Source: Acidimicrobiales bacterium
GTDB taxonomy: Bacteria; Actinomycetota; Acidimicrobiia; Acidimicrobiales; CADCSY01
Length of the DNA: 55,409 bases
Reading direction: 5' to 3'
NCBI GenBank assembly: GCA_038233555.1
Contig: JBBSLT010000001.1
Span: 1 to 55,409, forward strand
The first letter of the stretch is position 1. Every line of letters begins with the position of its first letter. The notes under the pieces are model-generated. The model was given only the letters and a program-made list of their open reading frames with translations, was not told where the DNA came from and made no database searches. Both the position numbers and the translations under genes were made by a program. Of this stretch, positions 1 through 9,399 are shown piece by piece.

Positions 1-28
1 CGGTGCCGGCAGCTGCGATGATGGGGCC

Positions 29-347
29 ATGGCCCATCCTGGTGTGGCGCTGATTCCTGATCCGGAGGCGACGGTCGACGCCCTGCGCGCCGCCGGTGCC
101 CGTTTCGCCTTCGTGCACGAGAGTCGGGCATCGGGCGCCGCTCGGCCGGGTTCCGACGTCGACGTGGCCGCATGGTTCGCCGGCCGTAACCCGGCCCCGT
201 GGTCCGTTGCCGGCCTCCCTTCGAGCATCGATCTGCTCGTGCCCGACGAGGCGCCCCTCGAGCTCGCCGGTCGCATCTTCTTCGCCGGTGTCCGAGCCCG
301 GGAGGAGGCTCGTCGCCGCCGTGATCGAGTTCTCCGACCAGGGCTGA
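29..347 (+). pseudogene. Nucleotidyltransferase-domain protein (MNT-type antitoxin-like) with an apparent +1 frameshift near nt 285
   Basis: ORF 29..403 has a minimal-NTase motif (SRASGAARPGSDVDVAAW ... IDLLVPDEAPLEL). Third-position G/C is high up to about nt 285 and then collapses. The +1 frame (tail of ORF 96..347: VSEPGRRLVAAVIEFSDQG*) is G/C at every third position and stops at 347, clear of relA. Family call is from motif memory only. Confidence 0.5.
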
Positions 348-372
348 TCACAGACTCGTCTCCGTCACCAAG

Positions 373-2574
373 TCAGCGGCCGCCCCCAGGGAGCATCCGA
401 TAGGCGTCGTAGACAGATTCGACGCGGCGGATAGTGGTGATGAGAGAGTCGAGGTGAGCGGGGTCGGCCAGCTCGAAGTCGAAGCGCATGCGGGAGATGC
501 GGTCGCTCCCCGTCTGGCTGGAGCAGGCCAGGATGTTGACGTGGTGGTCGGCAAGGGTGGCCGAGACGTCGCGCAACAGCTTGGAGCGGTCGAGGGCCTT
601 GATCTCGATGGAGACCACGAAGGTGCTCGCTCCCCAGTGTTGGTCCCAGTCGACCTCGATGATGCGATCGTGTTGGCCCTGCGCCAGGGAGACCGCGTTG
701 GAGCAGTCGGACCGGTGCACCGTCACGCCGCGACCCCGGGTGACGAAGCCCACGATCTCATCGCCGGGCACTGGGGTGCAGCAACGCGAGAGTCGCACCA
801 TTACGTCGTCGAGCCCCTCGACGTGAATGCCGGTGTTCGGTCGGCGCCTCCGGGGTGTGCGGACGGTGACGGGAAGCTGCTCTTCGCCCTCGCCGCCGCG
901 CAGCTCCCGAGCCACCCGTTGTGCCACCGAACGGGCCGACACGTGGTGCTCTCCGATGGCCACCTGTAGGCCGTTTAGATCGGAGAACCCCATCGACGTC
1001 GCCACCTCGCCAAGCTGGCGCGAGTGCAGCAGCTTCTGAACCGGAAGGCCCTCTCGGCGCAACGCCTTGGCCACCTCGTCGCGTCCAGTCTCCAGCGCGT
1101 CCTCTCGGCGCTCCCGGGAGAACCAGTGGCGGATCTTGTTGCGGGCTCTCGGGGAGGCGACGATCTTCAGCCAGTCGCGCGACGGCGCCGGGTCGACCTT
1201 GGTGGTCAGAATCTCGACCGTCTCACCGGAGTGGAGCTTGGAGTCGAGCGGCTGGAGCCGCCCGTTGATACGGGCACCGATGCAGGCGTGGCCCACCTCG
1301 GTGTGGATGGCGTAGGCGAAATCGATGGGGGTCGACCCGTCGGGCAGGGTGACCACCTTCCCCTGGGGGGTGAAGACGAAGACCTCGTCGTGCTCGAGGT
1401 CGACCTTGAGCGTCTCCATGAACTCCTGGGGATCGCTGGTCTCGGACTGCCAGTCGACGAGGTGGTTGAGCCAGGTCACGTCGACGGCGCTCAGCTCATC
1501 CTTGTAGGCCCAGTGGGCAGCCACCCCGAACTCGGCCCGCCGGTGCATCTCTCGGGTACGGATCTGCACCTCCAGGGGCTTGCCCTGGGGTCCGATCACC
1601 GTGGTGTGCAGCGACTGGTAGAGGTTGAACTTGGGCATGGCGATGTAGTCCTTGATCCGACCCTGTACCGGCTTCCAGGTGGCGTGCATCGAACCCAGGG
1701 CGGCGTAGCACTCCTCGACCCGCTCGACCACGACCCGGATGCCGACCAGATCGAAGATGTCGTCGAACTCCTTGCCCTTGACCACCATCTTCTCGTAGAT
1801 CGACCACAGGTGCTTGGGCCTACCCGTGACCTCCCCGGCGATCTTCAGCTCCCGTAGGCGCTCCCGGACCGCCTCGAGCACCAGCGCCAGGTAGAGCTCT
1901 CGCTCGGGGCTGCGCGTCGAGACCATCTGCTCGATCTCGGCGTAGCGTTTGGGGTGCAGGGTGGCAAAGGCAAGGTCCTCCAGTTGCTGCTTGGTATGGG
2001 ACATGCCGAGGCGATGCGCCAGCGGGGCGTAGATGTCGATGGTCTCCCGGGCGATGCGCTGCTGCTTGGCCTCGGGCAGGGCGGCGATGGTGCGCATGTT
2101 GTGGAGCCGGTCGCACAGCTTGATGATCAGGACCCGCAGGTCCTTGGCCATGGCCACGAGCATCTTGCGCATCGAGGCCGCCTGCTGGGCCTGACGGGAG
2201 TCGAAGCGGACGCGGTCGAGCTTGGTGACCCCGTCGACGATGGCGGCCACCTCGGGTCCGAAGGTGGAGCTGACCTCGGCCAGGTCGACGGCGGTGTCCT
2301 CCACGGCGTCGTGCAGCAGGGCGGCGGAGATGGTCACATCGTCGAGCCCGAGCTCGGCCACGATCATGGCCACGGCCAGGGGGTGGCTGATGTACGCCTC
2401 ACCCGAGTTGCGGACCTGGCCCTGGTGAGCGTTGGCGGCCACCGCGTAGGCCCGGCTGATCATGGCCGTCGAAGCTCGGGCGTGGCGCCCCCGGTAGGCC
2501 GACAGCAGCGGTGCCACCTCCTCGGCGGGCAGGGCGCTACGCCGCCAGGGCAAGACCCGGTCGACGGTCGTCAT
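373..2574 (-). CDS. relA: Bifunctional (p)ppGpp synthetase/hydrolase (RelA/SpoT homologue)
   Basis: 733 aa. HD hydrolase motif (HDAVEDT, DRLHNMRT), synthetase motif (PKFNLYQSLHTTV), TGS (VFVFTPQGKVVTLPDGSTPIDFAYAIH), C-terminal ACT-like region. ATGA overlap with apt stop. Confidence 0.95.
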   Translation of the reverse strand: MTTVDRVLPWRRSALPAEEVAPLLSAYRGRHARASTAMISRAYAVAANAHQGQVRNSGEAYISHPLAVAMIVAELGLDDVTISAALLHDAVEDTAVDLAEVSSTFGPEVAAIVDGVTKLDRVRFDSRQAQQAASMRKMLVAMAKDLRVLIIKLCDRLHNMRTIAALPEAKQQRIARETIDIYAPLAHRLGMSHTKQQLEDLAFATLHPKRYAEIEQMVSTRSPERELYLALVLEAVRERLRELKIAGEVTGRPKHLWSIYEKMVVKGKEFDDIFDLVGIRVVVERVEECYAALGSMHATWKPVQGRIKDYIAMPKFNLYQSLHTTVIGPQGKPLEVQIRTREMHRRAEFGVAAHWAYKDELSAVDVTWLNHLVDWQSETSDPQEFMETLKVDLEHDEVFVFTPQGKVVTLPDGSTPIDFAYAIHTEVGHACIGARINGRLQPLDSKLHSGETVEILTTKVDPAPSRDWLKIVASPRARNKIRHWFSRERREDALETGRDEVAKALRREGLPVQKLLHSRQLGEVATSMGFSDLNGLQVAIGEHHVSARSVAQRVARELRGGEGEEQLPVTVRTPRRRRPNTGIHVEGLDDVMVRLSRCCTPVPGDEIVGFVTRGRGVTVHRSDCSNAVSLAQGQHDRIIEVDWDQHWGASTFVVSIEIKALDRSKLLRDVSATLADHHVNILACSSQTGSDRISRMRFDFELADPAHLDSLITTIRRVESVYDAYRMLPGGGR

Positions 2575-3113
2575 GCGCCCGCCTCGCCGTAGGAGACCAA
2601 GGCGGTGATCTCCCGCCCGTCGAGTTGGCGCCGGCCACCCAGGAAGGCGAGCTCGAGAATGAACCCGAGGCCGACCACCTCGGCGCCCAGCTTCTCGACG
2701 AGACGCACCGTGGCCGCGGCCGTGCCTCCGGTGGCCAGGACGTCGTCGATCACCAGCACCCGGCTACCTGAGATCAGGCCGTCGGCGTGGATCTCGAGCA
2801 GGTCGGTCCCGTACTCGAGGGCGTAGCTCTCCTGTTCCACCAACCGAGGGAGCTTGCCCTTCTTGCGCACGGGCGCGAAGCCGGCGTCGAGGAGGTAGGC
2901 GACCGGTGCGGCGAAGATGAAGCCTCTGGCCTCCACGCCGATCACCTGGTCGATCCCCCGGTGGCGGAACGGGGCGGCCAGCGTGTCGACGGCGGCGGCA
3001 AAGGCGCCGGCGTCGCTCAGCAACGGCGTGATGTCCTTGAACACGACCCCCGGGGTGGGAAAATCAGGGATGTCGCGCACGAAACCTGCCAGCAGGTCTG
3101 CACGCGTCTCCAC
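2571..3113 (-). CDS. apt: Adenine phosphoribosyltransferase
   Basis: PRPP-binding motif VLVIDDVLATGGTAAA and N-terminal IPDFPTPGVVFKDITPLL. I prefer the GTG start at 3113 (180 aa), because the long ORF to 3212 would overlap the divergent PPIase gene. Confidence 0.9.
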   Translation of the reverse strand: METRADLLAGFVRDIPDFPTPGVVFKDITPLLSDAGAFAAAVDTLAAPFRHRGIDQVIGVEARGFIFAAPVAYLLDAGFAPVRKKGKLPRLVEQESYALEYGTDLLEIHADGLISGSRVLVIDDVLATGGTAAATVRLVEKLGAEVVGLGFILELAFLGGRRQLDGREITALVSYGEAGA

Positions 3114-3135
3114 TCCATCAACGTATCGTCTCGGA

Positions 3136-3693
3136 ATGACCACCCTCTGCCCCGAGCCCGACGGCTCCAGCCCCCGCCAGACCCGCTTCGACGGGCCCCC
3201 GCCCATGTGCATCGATCCGTCCCAGCGCTACACGGCGGAGATGTCCACCTCGCTCGGCGACCTCACCATCGCCCTCGACCCGGTGGCGGCGCCGGCCACG
3301 GTCAACAACTTCGTGGTTCTGGCCCGCTACCACTACTTCGACGGGTTGATCTTCCACCGGGTCATCAAGGGGTTCATGTGCCAGGGCGGCGACCCTGAAG
3401 GCACGGGCACCGGTGGCCCCGGCTACCGCTTCGCCGACGAGTTGCCCAAACCGGGCCGCTACGAGATCGGCTCGCTGGCCATGGCCAACGCCGGTCCGAA
3501 CACCAACGGCAGTCAGTTCTTCATCGTCAGCGGCCGCAGTGGCGTGGGCCTGCCTCCGAGCTATTCCCTCTTCGGCAAGGTGGTCAAGGGCCTCGACGTG
3601 GTGGCGGCCATGGAAGCGGTGCCCACAGGGCGCAACGACCGACCGAGCGAGGACCTCACCATCAACAGCGTCACCATCACCGAGGCGCCATGA
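3136..3693 (+). CDS. Peptidyl-prolyl cis-trans isomerase, cyclophilin type
   Basis: FHRVIKGFMCQGGDPEGTGTGGPGY and LAMANAGPNTNGSQFFI motifs. ATG at 3136 inside the longer ORF 2917..3693. Confidence 0.9.
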   Translation: MTTLCPEPDGSSPRQTRFDGPPPMCIDPSQRYTAEMSTSLGDLTIALDPVAAPATVNNFVVLARYHYFDGLIFHRVIKGFMCQGGDPEGTGTGGPGYRFADELPKPGRYEIGSLAMANAGPNTNGSQFFIVSGRSGVGLPPSYSLFGKVVKGLDVVAAMEAVPTGRNDRPSEDLTINSVTITEAP

Positions 3694-3721
3694 TCCTCAG
3701 GCGCACGGCGCCGGCGCTACC

Positions 3722-4075
3722 GTGGCACTCGTGAGCGAGAGCGAGAGCGAGGAGCTTCCGTACACCGAGGTCGGCGTGCGCATCGGCGAGCTGGTCGATC
3801 GTCTGACCTCCTACTCCGACGAGGCCGTCGGCGAGCGGGTCACCGAACTGCTCGACTGGGTGGACGTGTTCCACCGAGCCGGACTGACCCGCCTCGTCGG
3901 CATGGTAGAGCAATGGCGAGGTGAGATCTTCCTGGAGTCCATGGCCGGCGACCCGGTGGCCGGCACGCTCCTCGACGCCTACGACCTGCGCGACGCCCTG
4001 CTTCCCGACGGCGGCGCAACCCCGCCACCGCCACCCCCGCAGCCAACAGTGGTCCAGATCCGCAAACGCACCTGA
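3722..4075 (+). CDS. Hypothetical protein (acidic N-terminus, Pro-rich C-terminus)
   Basis: First GTG in frame after the PPIase stop. Product VALVSESESEELPYTEVGVRIGELVDRL... No family recognised. Confidence 0.55.
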   Translation: MALVSESESEELPYTEVGVRIGELVDRLTSYSDEAVGERVTELLDWVDVFHRAGLTRLVGMVEQWRGEIFLESMAGDPVAGTLLDAYDLRDALLPDGGATPPPPPPQPTVVQIRKRT

Positions 4076-4119
4076 GAATTGGCCGCCGGCCACGGCCGGT
4101 GCCCGGAGCACAACCAAGC

Positions 4120-4149
4120 TCGCCGAGCAACCTCTGGTTGCGAAGGCGA
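4120..4149. repeat. 30-nt hairpin element, copy 1 (tcgccgagcaacctctggttgcgaaggcga)
   Basis: Stem gcaacc/ggttgc plus tcgcc/ggcga. 28/30 identical to 14175..14204. Abuts the sigma-factor stop codon in a convergent intergenic region. Confidence 0.7.
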
Positions 4150-5097
<948 letters not shown>

Positions 5098-5180
5098 GCG
5101 CTCGCAACCCTTCCTCGACAGCAGGAGACTCGTCGTAGTCTAGGACAACATTGGAAAACTTCCTGCCTGCGCCCTGAATT

Positions 5181-5354
5181 TTGACCGATCAGCTTCTCGG
5201 CCTCGCCGTCTTCCTCGGCTACGGGATCGTCGTCTCGCTGGCCCTGGTCCTGGCCGTCATCGTTTTTCGCACCGGTGACGGCGAGCGCGATCGGCCGCCA
5301 GAGGGCGGTGGGGTCGGTGAGCGGTCCCGCTCCTGGTGGCGCCGCTGGCGCTAG
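5181..5354 (+). CDS. Small membrane protein (57 aa, TTG start), not in the supplied ORF track
   Basis: My own translation: LTDQLLGLAVFLGYGIVVSLALVLAVIVFRTGDGERDRPPEGGGVGERSRSWWRRWR*. One clear TM helix. Third positions are mostly G/C (roughly 80% by hand count). An in-frame TGA lies 2 codons upstream of the TTG. Confidence 0.4.
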   Translation: MTDQLLGLAVFLGYGIVVSLALVLAVIVFRTGDGERDRPPEGGGVGERSRSWWRRWR

Positions 5355-5403
5355 GAGGTTGGTCCGGCTCCATCGGCACTGACGCTCGGGTACCGTCGGT
5401 GCC

Positions 5404-5610
5404 ATGGAGTATGTGCCCCTGTTATTCCTCGGCCTCGTGGTCGTGGGCGGCGCCGTCATCCTGCGCTCCATGATCCGCCTCAAGGCGGCGGCCGTCGAGG
5501 CACTGGAGGCGGCTCGTCAGCTCGACGACCAACTGGAGTCGCTGCGCCGGACCCAAGGCCAGGCTCCAATCGGGCCAAAGCCCCCAACCTCCCCAACCGA
5601 GACGACTTGA
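5404..5610 (+). CDS. Small membrane-anchored protein (68 aa)
   Basis: N-terminal TM segment (LLFLGLVVVGGAVIL) followed by a coiled-coil-like segment. High third-position G/C. Confidence 0.5.
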   Translation: MEYVPLLFLGLVVVGGAVILRSMIRLKAAAVEALEAARQLDDQLESLRRTQGQAPIGPKPPTSPTETT

Positions 5611-5705
5611 ACCTCTCCTGGCACCGAGAGTGCGTCGGTAGCCGGACGCTCCCGGTGCACGAACGGAATGCTAAGGGGTTCAGCGGATAGGTACGCTGCT
5701 CATGG

Positions 5706-5804
5706 CTCGGCGGCTTCGCCGCCGAGAGAAAGCCCTGTATCTCCCGCTCCTGCCGGCTTCGCCGGCGGGCCGCTCGGGCCACGGGTCCGCCTATCGGCGG
5801 ACCC
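5706..5804. terminator. Three consecutive GC-rich stem-loops between convergent genes
   Basis: 5706..5726 ctcggcggc-ttc-gccgccgag. 5749..5769 cc(t)gccggc-ttc-gccggc(g)gg. 5783..5804 gggtccgcc-tatc-ggcggaccc. The last ends 1 nt before the stop of the DUF3866-like gene. No U-tract. Confidence 0.45.
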
Positions 5805-5805
5805 T

Positions 5806-6885
5806 CTAAGGCGCCAGCAAGGCGGCCACGGTTCCCCCGGCACCGGCCACGGCGTAGAAGCCCGGGTCGTCGCTCGGGCCCCGCCCCATGGAGGTGACCG
5901 GCAACTGGTGGCGGGCCAGCAGGGCAGGGACGTCAGGATCGGCGACGCTGAGGAGGCGGTGGCGATCGGCGATGCCGCTGGCCTCGAGGTCGGCTCGAAG
6001 GCGGTCTTCGAACGCACCCTCGGGGACACCGATGGTGGCCCTGGCGTGGGTGAGCAGGCCGAGAGCGGTCCGGCTGTGGTGGCTCGTCCCTTGGTGACGC
6101 AGCCGGGGGTCGGCCAGGGAGAACCGAACGGCGGCGATGGGCCGTCCCCCGAGCGATTCCACGGCGTCGAGGGCGGGAGCGACCTCGAGAGCCGAGAGAC
6201 CCAGACGGGTGGCGGTACCCACCGAACCAGGCCCCATGCCCACCACAGCCACATCGGCCCGGCCGAGGATGCGGGCCACGGCCAGGGCGGCAGGCACGTT
6301 GACCGCCTCATGGTCGCCCCCAAAGGCGTGGCCGGCAGTGACGGTGACGTCTACCAGCGCCGCCGCCTTCATGGCCACCACCAGCTCCGAGGTGGCTATG
6401 GCCAGCGCGCCACCGTCGGTCATCACGTAGGCCAGCCGTAGTTCGGACCGAGCGTGTTTGAGGGCCGCAGCCACGCACGGCACCTGGCTGTGCAACCCGC
6501 ACACCACCACGGGCATGCCCTCCAAGTCGTCGACCTCGGCCAGCGCGCCGGCGTGCAGCTCCTCGGCCGAGCCGGTGTCGGCTTGCAACGAGGTATAGCG
6601 CAACTTCATCACGTGCCCCGGTCCAGGCGATCGCCACTCCTGGCGAGAGAGGTTCCAGTGCACGACGTGCCATCCGCCACTGCCCAGCCCCAGCTCGATG
6701 GCGGTGGTGTTGACCACCACCTGATCCCCCACCCCAACCGGCCCCGTCAACTCAGTGAGCACATATGCCCTGCTTATCCCGACGACTGTGGCAGTCCCCA
6801 CGTCGCCGAAGGCGATCTCACACCGCTGGAGACCCTGTCGTTCCTCGATCACCGAGACGACGCTGGCGGTCCGAAACGAAGGCAT
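5806..6885 (-). CDS. DUF3866-like protein (uncharacterised), coupled to pafA
   Basis: 359 aa from ATG 6885, 7 nt after the pafA stop. The long ORF to 7176 is an upstream run-on through pafA. N-terminal barrel-like segment (VVSVIEERQGLQRCEIAFGD...VGDQVVVNTTAIE), then a Rossmann-like part with a Gly-rich loop (VVGMGPGSVGTATRLG). DUF3866 assignment is from memory. Confidence 0.75.
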   Translation of the reverse strand: MPSFRTASVVSVIEERQGLQRCEIAFGDVGTATVVGISRAYVLTELTGPVGVGDQVVVNTTAIELGLGSGGWHVVHWNLSRQEWRSPGPGHVMKLRYTSLQADTGSAEELHAGALAEVDDLEGMPVVVCGLHSQVPCVAAALKHARSELRLAYVMTDGGALAIATSELVVAMKAAALVDVTVTAGHAFGGDHEAVNVPAALAVARILGRADVAVVGMGPGSVGTATRLGLSALEVAPALDAVESLGGRPIAAVRFSLADPRLRHQGTSHHSRTALGLLTHARATIGVPEGAFEDRLRADLEASGIADRHRLLSVADPDVPALLARHQLPVTSMGRGPSDDPGFYAVAGAGGTVAALLAP

Positions 6886-6892
6886 GGAGGTC

Positions 6893-8260
6893 TTACAAGG
6901 ACGCGATGAGGCGCTCGACTCTTTCGTCGCGTGACTTGAAGGGGTCCTTGCAGAGGACCGTGCGCTGCGCCTGGTCGTTGAGCTTGAGGTGGACCCAGTC
7001 GACGGTGTAGTCCCGCTTGCGCTCCTTGGCCCGGCGGATGAACTCCCCCCGTAGACGGGCCCGGGTGGTCTGGGGAGGCTCCAGATGACCGGGGCCGGCC
7101 CGGTCGATCTCCTCCTCGGAGCACATGCGGTCGACCATGCCTCGGGCCTCGAGGCGGTAGTACAGACCCCGTTCACGGTTGACGTCGTGGTACTGCAGGT
7201 CCATCAGGGCGACGCGGGGGTGGGCCAGCGGGAGGCCGTGGCGATCGCGGTAGGCCTCGATCAGGTTGTGCTTGATGACCCAGTCGCACTCCCGATCCAG
7301 CGACAGAGGATCCTTGGCCAGCCCCGTGAGGCAGTGTTGCCACATGCCGAGGGCCTGCTCCTCCAGGGGGCTGACGCCCTTGGCCTCGGCGTAGCGAATT
7401 GCCCGGTTGAGGTACTCGGTCTGAATGTCGATGGCGGTCACCTCCCGGCCGTTGGCCAGGCGCACCCGCTTGCGGCAGGTAATGTCGTGGCTGATCTCGC
7501 GGATGGCCCGGATGGGGTTCTCCAGGGTCATGTCCCGCAAGACCACCGACGGGTCCTCCAGCATCCGCAGCAGGATCGACGTGGCCCCCACCTTCAAGAA
7601 GGTGGCGTACTCGCTCATGTTGGAATCGCCCACGATGACGTGGAGGCGCCGGTAGCGCTCGGCATCGGCGTGGGGCTCGTCGCGAGTGTTGATGATGGGC
7701 CGGCTGCGGGTGGTGGCGCTGGAGACGCTCTCCCAGATGTGCTCGGCGCGCTGCGACGTGCAGTACATGGCGCCCCTGGCGGTCTGCAGCACCTTTCCGG
7801 CGCCGGCATAGATCTGGCGCGACACCAGGAACGGGATGAGCACCTCGGCGTAGTGTCCGAAGTCGTCCCGGCGGCTGGTCAGGTAGTTCTCGTGGCAGCC
7901 GTAGGAGTTGCCCGCCGAGTCGGTGTTGTTCTTGAACAGATAGATGATCCCCCTGATGCCTTCTTCGCGCAGCCGCTGCTCGGCGAAGGTCAGGAGCTGT
8001 TCGAGGATGCGCTCACCGGCCTTGTCGTGCACCACCAGGTCGTGGATGGAATCGCACTCCGGGGTGGCGTACTCGGGGTGGCTGCCTACGTCGAGGTAGA
8101 GGCGGGCGCCGTTCTCCAGGAAGACGTTGCTGCTGCGACCCCACGACACCACTCGGCGGAACAGGTAACGGGCAACCTCGTCCGGGCTGAGGCGGCGCTG
8201 TCCCCGCAGGGTGCAGGTCACTCCGTATTCGTTCTCCAGCCCGAAGATGCGCCGGTCCAC
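6893..8260 (-). CDS. pafA: Pup--protein ligase PafA
   Basis: [16 protein letters not shown]...[46 protein letters not shown] closely parallels mycobacterial PafA. Lacks the Dop-specific insertion. Confidence 0.93.
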   Translation of the reverse strand: MDRRIFGLENEYGVTCTLRGQRRLSPDEVARYLFRRVVSWGRSSNVFLENGARLYLDVGSHPEYATPECDSIHDLVVHDKAGERILEQLLTFAEQRLREEGIRGIIYLFKNNTDSAGNSYGCHENYLTSRRDDFGHYAEVLIPFLVSRQIYAGAGKVLQTARGAMYCTSQRAEHIWESVSSATTRSRPIINTRDEPHADAERYRRLHVIVGDSNMSEYATFLKVGATSILLRMLEDPSVVLRDMTLENPIRAIREISHDITCRKRVRLANGREVTAIDIQTEYLNRAIRYAEAKGVSPLEEQALGMWQHCLTGLAKDPLSLDRECDWVIKHNLIEAYRDRHGLPLAHPRVALMDLQYHDVNRERGLYYRLEARGMVDRMCSEEEIDRAGPGHLEPPQTTRARLRGEFIRRAKERKRDYTVDWVHLKLNDQAQRTVLCKDPFKSRDERVERLIASL

Positions 8261-8328
8261 CTCGTCACGGTAGCGGCCCGCACACGCGCTCCCCGGTCAC
8301 AACGATCCACGGCCCGAAGAGGAGTAGC

Positions 8329-8742
8329 GTGGTCATGGTGCAGCGACTTCGGATGGTCCCGGTGGCCAAGGTGACCGATGCCTTCAGCGCCCGGGTCCTG
8401 GCGGCCCGGCTCGGTTCAGACGGGATCGTCACCCAGCTGCGCGGCGGAGGTATCGACGGGCCTTACCCGATGGGCAACGTCGAGGTGCTGGTGAGTTCCG
8501 CCGATCTGGAAATGGCCCGGGAGATCTTGTTGGCCGAAGAGGTGGAGTCCGCCTTCGACGAGATGGTCGACGCCGACGAATCTGACCACGACGAGGAAGG
8601 TCGGCGCACGCCGTTGGCCCGCTGGATCGTGCTTTCCGTGCTGGTCGGCCTCGTGCTCTTCGCCTACGTGAACACCATCGGCTACCAGGCGCCGTCTCCC
8701 GAACGCGAGCCCGACCGCTCAGGTACCGAGGAGTCCGGTTAG
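8329..8742 (+). CDS. DUF2007-like (putative signal-transducing) protein with C-terminal TM helix
   Basis: GTG start preceded by gaagaggag. Pattern AFSARVLAARLGSDGI...VEVLVSSADLEMAREILL fits DUF2007. TM segment WIVLSVLVGLVLFAYV. The 3' end overlaps prcA by 24 nt, convergent. Confidence 0.6.
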   Translation: MVMVQRLRMVPVAKVTDAFSARVLAARLGSDGIVTQLRGGGIDGPYPMGNVEVLVSSADLEMAREILLAEEVESAFDEMVDADESDHDEEGRRTPLARWIVLSVLVGLVLFAYVNTIGYQAPSPEREPDRSGTEESG

Positions 8743-9399
8743 CTCGTCCTCGGCCAGGCGCCGGAACGCCCGCCGGCCGTTGCCCCGTACGAGTACCGCA
8801 ACTTCGAGTTCCCCGGCGCCGAGCGACCGCTCGGGACCGGCCAGCGCTTGGACGCAGACCTGCAAGGCGCCCTGTTGCTCCAGCCCGTCGCCGTAGGTGG
8901 ACTTCAGACGTTCGGCGATGGTCTCGTCCTCGCCGCCGAGCACGGTGAAGCGGCTCTCGTCGATCACCGTGCCGTCGTAGAGCAGGTGGAACAGGCGGTC
9001 CTCGGCGGGAGCGTCGCCCACCTCGGCCACGAGGATCTCCACCTCCATGGGCTTCATCTCGTGGGTGAAGATCTGGTTGAGGATCTGGGCGTAGTTGTTG
9101 GCCAAGCTGCGGGCGTCGACGTCCTCGCGGCTGTAGGCGTAGCCCTTGAGGTCGGCGGCACGGATGCCGAGGATGCGGAGCTGGTCGAACTCGCTGTACT
9201 TTCCGACGCCGGCGAAGGCGATGCGGTCGTAGATCTCGCTGATCTTGCGCAGCCGGCTCGACGGGTTCTCCGCACACAGCATGACGCCGTCGGCGTAGGT
9301 GGCGGCGACCAGGCTGCGGCCCCGGGCGATCCCTTTGCGGGCATAGTCGGCCCGGTCCTTCATCACCTGCTCGGGCGAGACGTAGAACGGCATGGTCAT
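8719..9399 (-). CDS. prcA: 20S proteasome alpha subunit
   Basis: MTMPFYVSPEQVMKDRADYARKGIARGRS... ATGA overlap with prcB stop. Confidence 0.93.
   Translation of the reverse strand: MTMPFYVSPEQVMKDRADYARKGIARGRSLVAATYADGVMLCAENPSSRLRKISEIYDRIAFAGVGKYSEFDQLRILGIRAADLKGYAYSREDVDARSLANNYAQILNQIFTHEMKPMEVEILVAEVGDAPAEDRLFHLLYDGTVIDESRFTVLGGEDETIAERLKSTYGDGLEQQGALQVCVQALAGPERSLGAGELEVAVLVRGNGRRAFRRLAEDELTGLLGT

Noticed and set aside
6886-7176. N-terminal 97-codon extension of the DUF3866-like ORF, and similar long extensions of ORFs 53132..54220, 50528..51874, 42389..43903, 33269..35560, 30871..32550 and 12082..14010
   Set aside because: The extensions run through well-supported neighbouring genes, have Arg/Ser/Pro-rich nonsense composition, and each has an internal start at a sensible junction (overlap, SD or short gap).
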